Shown here piece by piece: positions 1 through 9,041 of a stretch of 46,201 nt of DNA; position 1 is the stretch's first letter, and the number at the start of each line of letters is the position of its first letter. The translations under genes and the position numbers were made by a program. This stretch comes from Chloroflexota bacterium (GTDB lineage Bacteria > Chloroflexota > Limnocylindria > Limnocylindrales > CSP1-4): the NCBI GenBank assembly GCA_034666725.1, contig JAXDLE010000169.1, positions 1 to 46,201 of the forward strand, in the 5' to 3' direction. Under the pieces are notes generated by a model that searched no databases, was not told the DNA's origin, and saw nothing but the letters and a program-made list of their open reading frames with translations.

Positions 1-819
1 TGGGCGCTGCGCGGCGGCGGCGGCAATTTCGGTGTCGTGACGCGCTTTCGGCTCGCCCTCAACCCGATCCACGAGGTTCTCCAGGGGATGCTGCTCATGC
101 CCGCGACGGCCGAAACTGTTCCTGCCGTATTGGCGCTGGGTCATGCCGCGCCAGAAGACCTGACGCTGATGCCCTACGTGATGGCCATTCCGCCCATGGA
201 CGAGGTCCCGCAGACCCATCACGGCAGGCTCGGGCTGTGGGTGGATACGCTCTGGGCTGGTCCCGATGCGTCCGGTGACGATGTGCTGGCGACGCTGCGC
301 GCGCTTGGACCCATCCTCATGGACACCATCGTCGCGAAGCCGTATCCACAGGTATATCCCGATCCGGGCGACGGCCCGCGCGGCGCATGGACGTCGAGCT
401 CGATCTTCCTCGACGACGTCGACGCCGGCGTGTTCGAGACGGTGCGCGACGTGCTGGCAGAAGGGCCGCCGGGCGACAACCTGGCCATCTTCCGCATCCT
501 TGGTGGTGCCGCCGGGCGAGTCGCCAACGACGCCACGGCCTTCGGTTGGCGTGACCATCGATACCTGCTCTGGCTCATCGCCGACCACGCGTCGTCAGAG
601 CCCGGAGCTCCCTATGCGAGCTGGGTGGCCAGTGCGAGGGCGGCGCTGGCAGACCGCGGCATGGGTGCTTTCGTCAGCTTCATGGCCGACGGTGGACCGG
701 AGAGCGTTGCCGCCGCATACCCAGCGGCGACGCTGCACCGTCTACGCGAGATAAAGCGCCGCTGGGATCCCGACAACCTATTTAGACATAACCACAACAT
801 TCTGCCCAGCAACGGGTGA
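1..819 (+). CDS. FAD-binding oxidoreductase, berberine-bridge-enzyme-like (5' truncated by window edge)
   Basis: Frame 1 is open from base 1 and reads WALRGGGGNFGVVTRF; C-terminal BBE motif AAYP..TLHRLREIKRRWDPDNLFRHNHNI. Confidence 0.88.
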   Translation, partial: WALRGGGGNFGVVTRFRLALNPIHEVLQGMLLMPATAETVPAVLALGHAAPEDLTLMPYVMAIPPMDEVPQTHHGRLGLWVDTLWAGPDASGDDVLATLRALGPILMDTIVAKPYPQVYPDPGDGPRGAWTSSSIFLDDVDAGVFETVRDVLAEGPPGDNLAIFRILGGAAGRVANDATAFGWRDHRYLLWLIADHASSEPGAPYASWVASARAALADRGMGAFVSFMADGGPESVAAAYPAATLHRLREIKRRWDPDNLFRHNHNILPSNG

Positions 820-899
820 CAGCGGCTTCCAACTGCCCCGCAAGTGGGGCATCATTGGCACTTCAGCCGTGTGGGACAGGTCATTAAGGGAGGAAACCG

Positions 900-1475
900 A
901 TGCTGCGTAAGAGATTGGTCGCCGCGCTGGGCTTCGCACTCGTTCTGGGCACCGTCATCGCCGCGCCGGCGGCGGCCGAAACGGTCATCGACCCGTGCAA
1001 CGGGCCCAGCGGCGGCACGTGTGGCTACTACGAGGTGTACGACAACGATCCGGGCATGAAGGGCGCCGTATGCAAGTACGAGACCGCCAGCTACGACCTC
1101 GACTGGATCTCGGTTCGGCCGCCCCTGATGCACGGGCCGTATTCGTACAAGACCAAGGTCCAGTGGAAGTTCAACATCCTCCGCTCGACCAACTTCGGAG
1201 CGTCATACACGGGCATCTACAACAGCTCGTGGCAGGTTGCCATGGCGAACGACGCCATCCCGGCCCGCGATGGCAGCGGCTTCAGTCGGCGCACCTGGTA
1301 CGCCGCCGATCCAAACCCGACTGGTTGGTTCAAGGTGCGCCTGCTGCTGTGGTGGAAGAATGGCGCCGGCAACGTGGTGGGAAAGATGAAAATTGAGTAC
1401 GACCACTATCAGGGCAAGTGGAACGGCAACACCGACAACCGGACTGGCTACGACTACTGCCTCCAGGACTGGTAG
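900..1475 (+). CDS. Secreted hypothetical protein (4 Cys, Trp/Tyr-rich); paralog of 5423-5989
   Basis: SD GGAGG upstream; signal peptide ending APAAA|ETV; clear similarity to 5423-5989. Confidence 0.85.
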   Translation: MLRKRLVAALGFALVLGTVIAAPAAAETVIDPCNGPSGGTCGYYEVYDNDPGMKGAVCKYETASYDLDWISVRPPLMHGPYSYKTKVQWKFNILRSTNFGASYTGIYNSSWQVAMANDAIPARDGSGFSRRTWYAADPNPTGWFKVRLLLWWKNGAGNVVGKMKIEYDHYQGKWNGNTDNRTGYDYCLQDW

Positions 1476-1523
1476 CCCGTCGGCTCCGTAAGCGGAGATT
1501 CGACCGAACATCACCTGTGGACC

Positions 1524-1552
1524 GAAGGTTTTGGCCAGGCCATGGCGTCTAA
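1524..1552 (+). promoter_or_regulatory. Candidate ECF-sigma promoter GAAGG-N17-CGTCTAA
   Basis: ECF-like -35/-10 (CGTC) spacing directly upstream of the operon that encodes the ECF sigma factor. Confidence 0.4.
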
Positions 1553-1582
1553 CGTGCACCACGCAGACGAGGTGCACGAGCA

Positions 1583-3760
1583 ATGTCCAATCGCGCAACG
1601 AAGCTACGGCCTGATGCGAGATGGCCACACCTCAGGCTAGCCGGGGCAATTGCCTGCGCCCTCGCCATCGCGTGCGGGGCGCCGACCAGCATTCCATCCC
1701 CATCGCCGAAGCCTTCGGCCACAGGTGCTCCCCCGGCAACTGCGTCGGTCGCGACGACCGCGCCGGCCTCGGGATCGCCGACTTCGTTGCCCCCGGTCGC
1801 AGACGTGCCGTTCTACAAGGGCGACGCTGCCCGAACCGGTGTGCACCCGGGGCCTGGTCCGCAGGTCGCTCCCCAAGAGGTCTGGAGCACCCAGATCGAC
1901 TGCGCCCTTGATAACCACACCGGGGTCGTTGGCAATGGCCTGTATGTCGTCGGATGTGACATCGGGGTGCTCGTCGCGCTCGACGTCCACAGCGGAACCG
2001 TCGTCTGGACGGCGGAGCTCGGCGGGCCGGTGGAGGGTTCTCCGGCCTTGGCCGATGGTGTCGTGTACGCCTCGGATTCGAGCGGCCACGTAACCGCGCT
2101 CGACCTCGATACGGGTGCCATGGTCGAGACACTCGACATCCCTGGGATGAGGCACCCAGTCGTCGTCGACGGGACACTCTACGTTGGCACCAAGGACGGC
2201 CGATTCCTAGGGATCAGCACCGGTGACCGGTCGATCAGCTGGACCTGGAACGCGCCGGCCGGCGTTACCGAAGTCTCCGGCACGGTCGTCGGCGACACTG
2301 CCTACATCGGTGCAGACGACGGCAATCTGTACGCCGTTGCCCTATCCAGCGCGACCGAACGCTGGCATTTCCACGTGATCTCCGGTCGAGTCAGCACTCC
2401 TGCAATCGGCTCGGATGCCATCTACGTTGCGGCTCTTCAGAACGGCGACACGCCATCCGGCGAGCTTTATGCCCTCGACCTAGCAACCGGCACCGAGCTC
2501 TGGCGATACCGGACGGCGACGGGCAATCAGATCGCCCCGCCCACCGTTGCCGACGGCATCGTCTATGCACCATCGCAAGACGGCGGCCTATACGCACTCG
2601 ACGGGCTATCGGGCGACGTTCTGTGGCAGACACCCACTGAGCGTACGGACGGGCAGACGCCCGCCCTCTCTGGCGGGTTCGTCTATCTGGCCGCAGATCG
2701 CACGGTTGGCGCATACGAAACGTCAGAGGGCACCCAGGCATGGCTTGTCGACCTTGGGGCGGACACGGACAGCAGCCCGGTGGTCACAGGCGGAACAGTC
2801 ATCGTCGGCGACAACTCCGGCCGCGTCCGCGCGTACGCCGAGCCGGCCCTGGCCGTCCTCTTCCCCGATGTGGCCAGCACCCCAGCCCCGTCGCAGTCAC
2901 CCGCAAGCGCGTTGGGCATGGACTTGGTCGAAACTTTCGAGTCGGACGACTACTCCTTTCCCAACGGGATTGACGTTGGGCCGGACGGCCGGATGTACAT
3001 CGTCAACGCGTTCGCCAACCAGATCCTCGTGCTGGATCGTGAAACAGGCGCGACCCTGGATCGCTGGGGCAGCCCGGGGTCCGAGGCGGGTCAGTTCAAC
3101 TTCATTCGCGATCCCAACGATCCGGGAAGCTCCATCGGCGGCCTCGTTGTCGCCGACGATGGCTCCGTCTACGTCACCGACACTGTCAATCGGCGCATTC
3201 AGGTGTTCACGTCTGACGGTGACTTCCTTCGCCAGTGGGGCCGCTTCGGTAGCGCCGACGGACAGTTCCTTGATCCCATAGACGTCGCTCTCGGGACGGA
3301 TGGGGACGTATACGTGGTGGACGATCAGCGCGACGACGTCCAGCGCTTCTCCCCGGACGGCGAGTTTGAGGCCGTATTCGGCGGGCATGGGACGGAGCCG
3401 GGCCAGATGAACTTCACCGGCGGCATCTGGGTCCAGCCTGACGGATCCATCTTGAACGCGGACTGGCAGAACTATCGGATTCAGGCGTTCGATGCGGACG
3501 GCGCGTCGCTGTGGACCTACGGGAGTCGCGGCTCTGGACCCGGTCAGTTCAACTTGCCGGGTGACATTGCCACCGATCTGGACGGCAATATATATGTGAC
3601 AGACGACACCAGGCTCGTCGCGCTCAGCCCCGATCGCCAGTTCATTGCTGCGCGCGAGTTCAACATCGTCAGCATGGGTTACATGATCCGAGATGGCACT
3701 CGGCTCTACATAACCCTGCCGTGGGACGATCAGATCCTGGTGCTCGAGGTGAGCGATTGA
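1583..3760 (+). CDS. Lipoprotein with N-terminal PQQ-binding-like (BamB-type) beta-propeller and C-terminal NHL-repeat propeller
   Basis: Lipobox-like LAIAC; P/S/T linker; YKGDAARTG then repeats such as SPALADGVVY..ALD..TG...W; NHL repeats GSADGQFLDPIDVA and GSGPGQFNLPGDIA. Confidence 0.88.
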   Translation: MSNRATKLRPDARWPHLRLAGAIACALAIACGAPTSIPSPSPKPSATGAPPATASVATTAPASGSPTSLPPVADVPFYKGDAARTGVHPGPGPQVAPQEVWSTQIDCALDNHTGVVGNGLYVVGCDIGVLVALDVHSGTVVWTAELGGPVEGSPALADGVVYASDSSGHVTALDLDTGAMVETLDIPGMRHPVVVDGTLYVGTKDGRFLGISTGDRSISWTWNAPAGVTEVSGTVVGDTAYIGADDGNLYAVALSSATERWHFHVISGRVSTPAIGSDAIYVAALQNGDTPSGELYALDLATGTELWRYRTATGNQIAPPTVADGIVYAPSQDGGLYALDGLSGDVLWQTPTERTDGQTPALSGGFVYLAADRTVGAYETSEGTQAWLVDLGADTDSSPVVTGGTVIVGDNSGRVRAYAEPALAVLFPDVASTPAPSQSPASALGMDLVETFESDDYSFPNGIDVGPDGRMYIVNAFANQILVLDRETGATLDRWGSPGSEAGQFNFIRDPNDPGSSIGGLVVADDGSVYVTDTVNRRIQVFTSDGDFLRQWGRFGSADGQFLDPIDVALGTDGDVYVVDDQRDDVQRFSPDGEFEAVFGGHGTEPGQMNFTGGIWVQPDGSILNADWQNYRIQAFDADGASLWTYGSRGSGPGQFNLPGDIATDLDGNIYVTDDTRLVALSPDRQFIAAREFNIVSMGYMIRDGTRLYITLPWDDQILVLEVSD

Positions 3761-4329
3761 CCCATGCCGGCGCGGGCTCGCATCGGGCCGCCACAGGCGC
3801 GGAGCTCGTTCGCGAGCTCCTCGCGACCTTCGCCGACCCTGACGCCTTCCGCGTTTGGTATGAAGATGCGGTCGTCCGTGTGTACCGGTATCTGTTTCCG
3901 CGCTGCGGAGGGGACGCGGGTTTGACGGAGGAAATCACTCAGCAGACGTTCATCTCTGCGATTGAGAACCGCTCTTCCTTCGCGGGACGTTCCGACTCCG
4001 TTACCTGGCTGTGCGCCATCGCCCGCAACAAGCTGGCCGACCACTACCGCCGTATGGATCGGATCGACCGACGCCATCTCCGCCTTGTGGTGAGAGAGAT
4101 CGACGTTGAAAGCGACCGCACGTCGGTCATCGAGGACAGAGACATGTTGATGTCCGCGCTGAGGAAGATGCCCGCGATGCAGCGCGCGGTACTCGTCCTC
4201 TGCTACCTCGACGATCTCTCGGTCGCCGAGGCCGCGGGGATCCTGGAGCGCAGCGAGTCAGCGACCGAGTCGCTGCTCACCCGAGCGCGCGCCAGGCTGC
4301 GCGAGATTCTGTCGGGAGAGATGCAGTGA
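3757..4329 (+). CDS. ECF-family RNA polymerase sigma factor
   Basis: Region 2 EEITQQTF..WLCAIARNKLADHYRR; region 4 LVLCYLDDLSVAEAAGIL..SLLTRARARLRE; likely TTG start overlapping upstream TGA, with GAGGTG SD. Confidence 0.92.
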   Translation: MTHAGAGSHRAATGAELVRELLATFADPDAFRVWYEDAVVRVYRYLFPRCGGDAGLTEEITQQTFISAIENRSSFAGRSDSVTWLCAIARNKLADHYRRMDRIDRRHLRLVVREIDVESDRTSVIEDRDMLMSALRKMPAMQRAVLVLCYLDDLSVAEAAGILERSESATESLLTRARARLREILSGEMQ

Positions 4330-5288
4330 ACGACGAATCCTTGCGGCGCCACCTACGCTCCGCCCTTGACACGCCGGCCATGCCGCGTGACGAGTTCGCT
4401 GCAGAGCTACATGACGATCTCGCTGCTCGTCTCCGGCTCGCGCCGCCGCGAGCCACCGCGGTGGCCAGTCATCGTCGACGTCCCCATCGGAGCACCTGGC
4501 TGCTTCTCGCGGCCACGCTGGCACTGCTCATAGCGCTCCTGGCAGGGCTGGCAGCGGCGGGTGCACTCCCAGACCTGTTGCCAAGGGGCGTGCCGGTCAT
4601 GCGGCAGATCCAGATTGATGGCCAGGTGCGCGTGGCGGTGAGGCCCGATCGGCCTCAGGCATTGAGTCCAGGTGGAACGCTCGACGGCTTCGATGTCAGG
4701 GTCGCCGAAGAGGTTGCGACGCGGCTCGGGGTCGATGCCGCACGTTCAACTCTGACAGTCCAGGAGATGCTCGGGCCAACGCCCGCCTGGCAACTGGCCC
4801 TGCCCAGCCAGTCCCTCCCACGAGGACGGGCCGACGAGTACATCGCGAGCACGCCGTACTACTTCTGGCCGCATTACATCGTCGTGGCCTCGGCATCCCC
4901 GGCGTCGTCAATCGCCGATCTAGCCGATGAAACTGTGTGCGCAGCGCAAGGCAGCGCGGGCCAGAGCTGGCTGAGCGAGATGGAGTCATTGGTTCCACGG
5001 GTGCTCGCCGACGAGAGCGCCTGCGAGGCCTCTGTCAGATCGGGCGAATCGCAGGCATTCGTGTCAGAGCGGCGGCTGCTGCCTGATTTTGCCTCTGACG
5101 GAGCTTTCCGCGCCCTGAGCGAACAGCCGGTCCTGCTCGAGCCACGGGCCATGCTTGTGCCGCGCTCGCTACCGGGCGCCCGCGAGTTCGTGGCCGAAAT
5201 AGACTTGCTTATCGAGGAAATGCGCGCGGACGGCACGATCAGCGAGTTGTCGAGGACCTGGTTCGGCGGGCAGGATCTCGCCCGCTAG
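4326..5288 (+). CDS. Putative anti-sigma membrane protein with C-terminal ABC amino-acid-type substrate-binding domain
   Basis: GTGA overlap with sigma stop; short cytoplasmic N-terminus, one TM (WLLLAATLALLIALLAGLAAAG), then SBP family-3 motifs LDGFDVRVAEEVATRLG and MRADGTISELSRTWFG. Confidence 0.75.
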   Translation: MNDESLRRHLRSALDTPAMPRDEFAAELHDDLAARLRLAPPRATAVASHRRRPHRSTWLLLAATLALLIALLAGLAAAGALPDLLPRGVPVMRQIQIDGQVRVAVRPDRPQALSPGGTLDGFDVRVAEEVATRLGVDAARSTLTVQEMLGPTPAWQLALPSQSLPRGRADEYIASTPYYFWPHYIVVASASPASSIADLADETVCAAQGSAGQSWLSEMESLVPRVLADESACEASVRSGESQAFVSERRLLPDFASDGAFRALSEQPVLLEPRAMLVPRSLPGAREFVAEIDLLIEEMRADGTISELSRTWFGGQDLAR

Positions 5289-5422
5289 GGGCCGGGCCGA
5301 AGCGGCCGCGTGCGAGAATTCGCGCCCTCGACCAAATAGGGCGTGTTACGGTCCAATGACTTGGGCCGTGTGCGCTGAGCCGTGAATTGGAAGCACGCGC
5401 TCACTAGACCAACGGAGGTCAA

Positions 5423-5989
5423 TTGAATAGACGATCCACGCGCGGCATCCTTGTCGTGCTTGCGTTCGCGCTGGGCTCACTCGTCGTCGCCGCCCCGGCC
5501 GCGGCCGAGACTGTGCTTGATCCTTGCACCGGAACGTGCGGCTCATGGGAGGTCGAAGACCAGGGACCAAGCGGTCCCGCGGGCGCGAATTGCCGCTACG
5601 AGACGGCGAGCCAGGAGCTCGACACCGTCTCCGTGCGACCACCGCTGATGTTCGGCACCTACACGGCTACCACCCGAGTCGAATGGCGCTTCAAGATCCG
5701 CCACTCGAATTCGTTCAGCGGGCACCGCACAACGATCTTCACCAGCTCATGGCAAGCTGCGATGGCTGACAACTCCTTCCCCGCCCGCGTCGGCCACGGC
5801 TTCTCGCGGCGATACTGGTCGGCATCAGAGAACCCAGTCGGCTACTACGCCGTCCGTGTCGAGATGCGCTGGTGGCACAGCGGCTCGGTCGAGGGCACCG
5901 CGCTCGTCCAGTACGACTGGTACAAGCTCCAGAACACGGGCTTCGGGGACGAGGTGAGCCCCGACCCGTACTGCTACGAGGTCGCCTGA
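5423..5989 (+). CDS. Secreted hypothetical protein (4 Cys); paralog of 900-1475
   Basis: TTG start with GGAGG SD; signal peptide APAAA|ETV; shared motifs DPC, GTCG, C.YETAS, SVRPPLM, SSWQ.AMA, GFSRR.W, WW, YC. Confidence 0.85.
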   Translation: MNRRSTRGILVVLAFALGSLVVAAPAAAETVLDPCTGTCGSWEVEDQGPSGPAGANCRYETASQELDTVSVRPPLMFGTYTATTRVEWRFKIRHSNSFSGHRTTIFTSSWQAAMADNSFPARVGHGFSRRYWSASENPVGYYAVRVEMRWWHSGSVEGTALVQYDWYKLQNTGFGDEVSPDPYCYEVA

Positions 5990-6005
5990 CCGTTAGTCCG
6001 GCAAT

Positions 6006-6046
6006 ATGGCCGGTCGTGCGAGAATCAACGTTGCACGACCGGCCAT
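6006..6046. repeat. Perfect 14-bp inverted repeat (hairpin) upstream of glyQS
   Basis: ATGGCCGGTCGTGC (6006-6019) pairs with GCACGACCGGCCAT (6033-6046); no U-tract. Confidence 0.7.
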
Positions 6047-6076
6047 GCCATGCGCCGGCACGCAAACGGAGATCCC

Positions 6077-7471
6077 GTGACCTCAAATCCTGACCCGACG
6101 CCCGCCGTCGCCAATCTCGACACCATCGTGTCGCTCGCCAAGCGGCGGGGCTTCGTGTTTCCTTCATCCGAGATCTACGGCGGCATCAACGCCGTGTGGG
6201 ACTACGGGCCTCTGGGCGTCGAGCTCAAGAACAACGTCAAACGTGCCTGGTGGCGCGCCATGGTCCAGGAGCGCGACGACATCGTCGGTCTCGACGCGGG
6301 CATCCTGATGCATCCCCAGGTCTGGGTGACGAGCGGCCATGTCGCGTCGTTCAGCGATCCGCTGGTCGAGTGCGCCGAGAACAGCCATCGCTTCCGGCTC
6401 GACGAGCTGCCCGGAACCGAGGGCTTGACCGAGACCGATAAGCGCGATCCGGGCATCGTCGAGCGGCTCAACCTGCGCTGCCCCACGGACGGCTCGAAGC
6501 TGGGTCCGCCGCGACGCTTCAACCTGATGTTCAAGACGCACATGGGCCCGATCGAGGAGGACTCGAACGCGGTCTACTTGCGCCCTGAGACCGCGCAGGG
6601 CTCCTACGTCAACTTCAAGAAAGTCCAGCAGTCATCGCGTAAGAAGCTGCCGTTCGGCATCGCCCAGATCGGCAAGAGCTTCCGCAACGAGATCTCGCCG
6701 GGCAACTTCGTATTCCGTATGCGCGAGTTTGAGCAGATGGAGATGCAGTACTTCGTGCCCCCCGCGGACGCGGCGCGCATCTTCGAGGAGTGGCTGCCCC
6801 GGCGCTGGGCTTGGTACACGGCCTACGGCGTCACCGAGGAGCGGCTGCGTTTCCGCGAGCACGCGCCCGACGAGCTTGCGCACTACGCCAAGAAGGCGAT
6901 CGACGTCGAGTACCGCTTCCCCTTTGGCTGGAAGGAACTCGAGGGCATCCACAATCGCGGCGACTGGGACCTGTCGCGTCACCAGAAGGAGAGCGGCGAG
7001 AACCTCGAGTACTTCGATCCGACGACGGAGACGAGCTTCATTCCGTGGATCGTCGAGACCGCAGGCGGCCCCGACCGCGCCGCATTCACTTTCCTGATCG
7101 ACGCGTATCGCGAGGAAGAGGTGCGCGGCGAGAAGCGTGTCTCATTGGCGCTTCACCCGCAGCTCGCGCCTTACAAGGTGGCGGTTCTGCCGCTGCTCAA
7201 GAAGCGGCCCGAGATCGTCGAGCTGTGCCACAAGCTGGTGAACGACCTGCGGCGCGACGTCATGGCCGTTTACGACGACACGGCGTCGATCGGCAAGCTG
7301 TATCGCCGCCAGGACGAGATCGGCACGCCGTGGTGCGTGACGGTCGACGTCGATTCGCTCGAGGACGGCGCGGTGACGGTGCGTGAGCGCGACACCATGA
7401 CCCAGGAGCGCGTGCCCGTCGAAGGCGTCAAACGGCTGATCCTGGACCGATTGGCCGCCTCGCTCCCGTGA
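6077..7471 (+). CDS. glyQS: Glycine--tRNA ligase (alpha2 type)
   Basis: [71 protein letters not shown]. Confidence 0.97.
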   Translation: MTSNPDPTPAVANLDTIVSLAKRRGFVFPSSEIYGGINAVWDYGPLGVELKNNVKRAWWRAMVQERDDIVGLDAGILMHPQVWVTSGHVASFSDPLVECAENSHRFRLDELPGTEGLTETDKRDPGIVERLNLRCPTDGSKLGPPRRFNLMFKTHMGPIEEDSNAVYLRPETAQGSYVNFKKVQQSSRKKLPFGIAQIGKSFRNEISPGNFVFRMREFEQMEMQYFVPPADAARIFEEWLPRRWAWYTAYGVTEERLRFREHAPDELAHYAKKAIDVEYRFPFGWKELEGIHNRGDWDLSRHQKESGENLEYFDPTTETSFIPWIVETAGGPDRAAFTFLIDAYREEEVRGEKRVSLALHPQLAPYKVAVLPLLKKRPEIVELCHKLVNDLRRDVMAVYDDTASIGKLYRRQDEIGTPWCVTVDVDSLEDGAVTVRERDTMTQERVPVEGVKRLILDRLAASLP

Positions 7472-8139
7472 CTGAGATGCAGCCGCCCCTGCCACCGGCG
7501 GAGGAGGCGGCTCAAGGCGAGCAGCCCACAGAGCTGTCGGAGCGCGCTCGCGTCAACCTGGCCCAGCTCGCAAGCCTGCGCTGGGTGCCATTGACGGCTG
7601 CCTTGCTGTCCTTGGTGCTGTCAGTCGTGGCGATCTATACCTCGACGCAGCAGCCGTCGATCTCCTTGCTCATGCCCAGCCAGGTGCGCATTGCCCAGGG
7701 CCGATCATCGGGCGCCGCTTATCTCTACCTCCAACCAGCGTTCGTCAACACGGCGCAGAACAACAGGGTCGAGGTGATCAGCGGCATGGCTGTCCATGTT
7801 TCCGGTACGGACGCGACCACGCCCGGGACGGACTTCACCTGGACGCAGCAGCTGCGCCTCGTCGTTGATAGCTCGTCGGGACAGCTCACCTATCAGTACG
7901 TTGGTGACGCTGTCCCGCTTGTTGTCAGCCCGAACAACGCGGCTTCGCCCCTGGCGCTGTTCGAGGCGCCGCCCGGCTGGTTTTTCGCTGCCGGCAGCTA
8001 TCAGTTCAGCCTGACGGCCGATCGTGTTGTGGCCGACAGTCCATTAAGCGCCACATTCAGCGTGGATCTGACCGCGGACGACGTGGCGTTTCTTGATCAA
8101 CCTGGGCCGGACAAGTTCCTAACATTCAGCATTCGCTAA
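7468..8139 (+). CDS. Hypothetical membrane-anchored protein
   Basis: GTGA overlap with glyQS stop; single TM ([19 protein letters not shown]) followed by a beta-rich domain. Confidence 0.7.
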   Translation: MTEMQPPLPPAEEAAQGEQPTELSERARVNLAQLASLRWVPLTAALLSLVLSVVAIYTSTQQPSISLLMPSQVRIAQGRSSGAAYLYLQPAFVNTAQNNRVEVISGMAVHVSGTDATTPGTDFTWTQQLRLVVDSSSGQLTYQYVGDAVPLVVSPNNAASPLALFEAPPGWFFAAGSYQFSLTADRVVADSPLSATFSVDLTADDVAFLDQPGPDKFLTFSIR

Positions 8140-8155
8140 AAGCGAACGCTGCGGC

Positions 8156-9022
8156 CTACTGGTCCGAGTTGGACTCGGCGGCGTCGATCGCTGTCGCGAG
8201 GTCGGCGCCCGCCAGGCCGCGCGGCTCCTTGCCCTTGGGCCAGTACAGCTCCTTGTGGACCTGCTCCTCCGCGTAGCCGCGGGCGAGCAGCCGCTCTTCG
8301 GCCGTCATGATCATGTCCGGGTTGCCGCATATGTACGCGACCGAGTTCGCCGGGGTGAGGCCGAGCTCGTCGAGCACAGGCTCCAGGATGGACTCGACGC
8401 GACCAAACCGGCCGGTCCAGTCGGCGTTCTCCGGCGCGTTCGCCCGTGACACGGTCGGGACGTACGTGACCGGGTAACCCCCGTCACGCTCCCAGCCCTC
8501 GAGCAGCGCGCGGTAGCCGATCTCGTGCGCATATGAGACGCCGTTCAGGAACACCGCCTTGCGCGGGCACCCGTCGGAGAGCATCTGTTTCATCATCGAG
8601 ACGAACGGTGCGTTGCCGGTGCCCGATGAGATGAAGACATGCGTCCGCGCGTCGTCCGGCTGGAGCATGAACTTGCCCTTGGGCCCGATCATGCGCATCC
8701 GCTGGCCGAGCGCCATGTCCCACAGCAGCGGGGTGAACGTGCCGCCCTCGACGAGACGCACGTAGAACTCGTAGCCGGTGTCGCCCGCCTCGACCGGCGG
8801 TGACGCGACTGAATACGGGCGCTGCACGATCTTGCCGTCGACATAAACGCCTATCGTCATGTACTGCCCAGGCTCGAAGGGCGTGGGCGCGCCGTCGAAG
8901 CGGACCCAGAAGTAGGCAAGCGATTCCGACTCGTCCTCACGCCTTACGAGCGACGCGTTGTAGAGCTCGTGCTCGGGCGCGATAACGCGCTCAGCGGTGG
9001 CGGGCACGACAGGCAATGTCAT
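8156..9022 (-). CDS. fpr: Ferredoxin/flavodoxin--NADP(+) reductase family
   Basis: FEPGQYMTIG, RPYSVAS, SSGTGNAPF, YICGNPDMI, ELYW. Confidence 0.9.
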   Translation of the reverse strand: MTLPVVPATAERVIAPEHELYNASLVRREDESESLAYFWVRFDGAPTPFEPGQYMTIGVYVDGKIVQRPYSVASPPVEAGDTGYEFYVRLVEGGTFTPLLWDMALGQRMRMIGPKGKFMLQPDDARTHVFISSGTGNAPFVSMMKQMLSDGCPRKAVFLNGVSYAHEIGYRALLEGWERDGGYPVTYVPTVSRANAPENADWTGRFGRVESILEPVLDELGLTPANSVAYICGNPDMIMTAEERLLARGYAEEQVHKELYWPKGKEPRGLAGADLATAIDAAESNSDQ

Positions 9023-9041
9023 GCGCGGATGTTAGGGGACT

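Noticed and set aside
5990-6076. T-box upstream of glyQS
   Set aside because: The region is too short and lacks the GGTGGNACC T-box and stem I motifs; only a simple hairpin is present.
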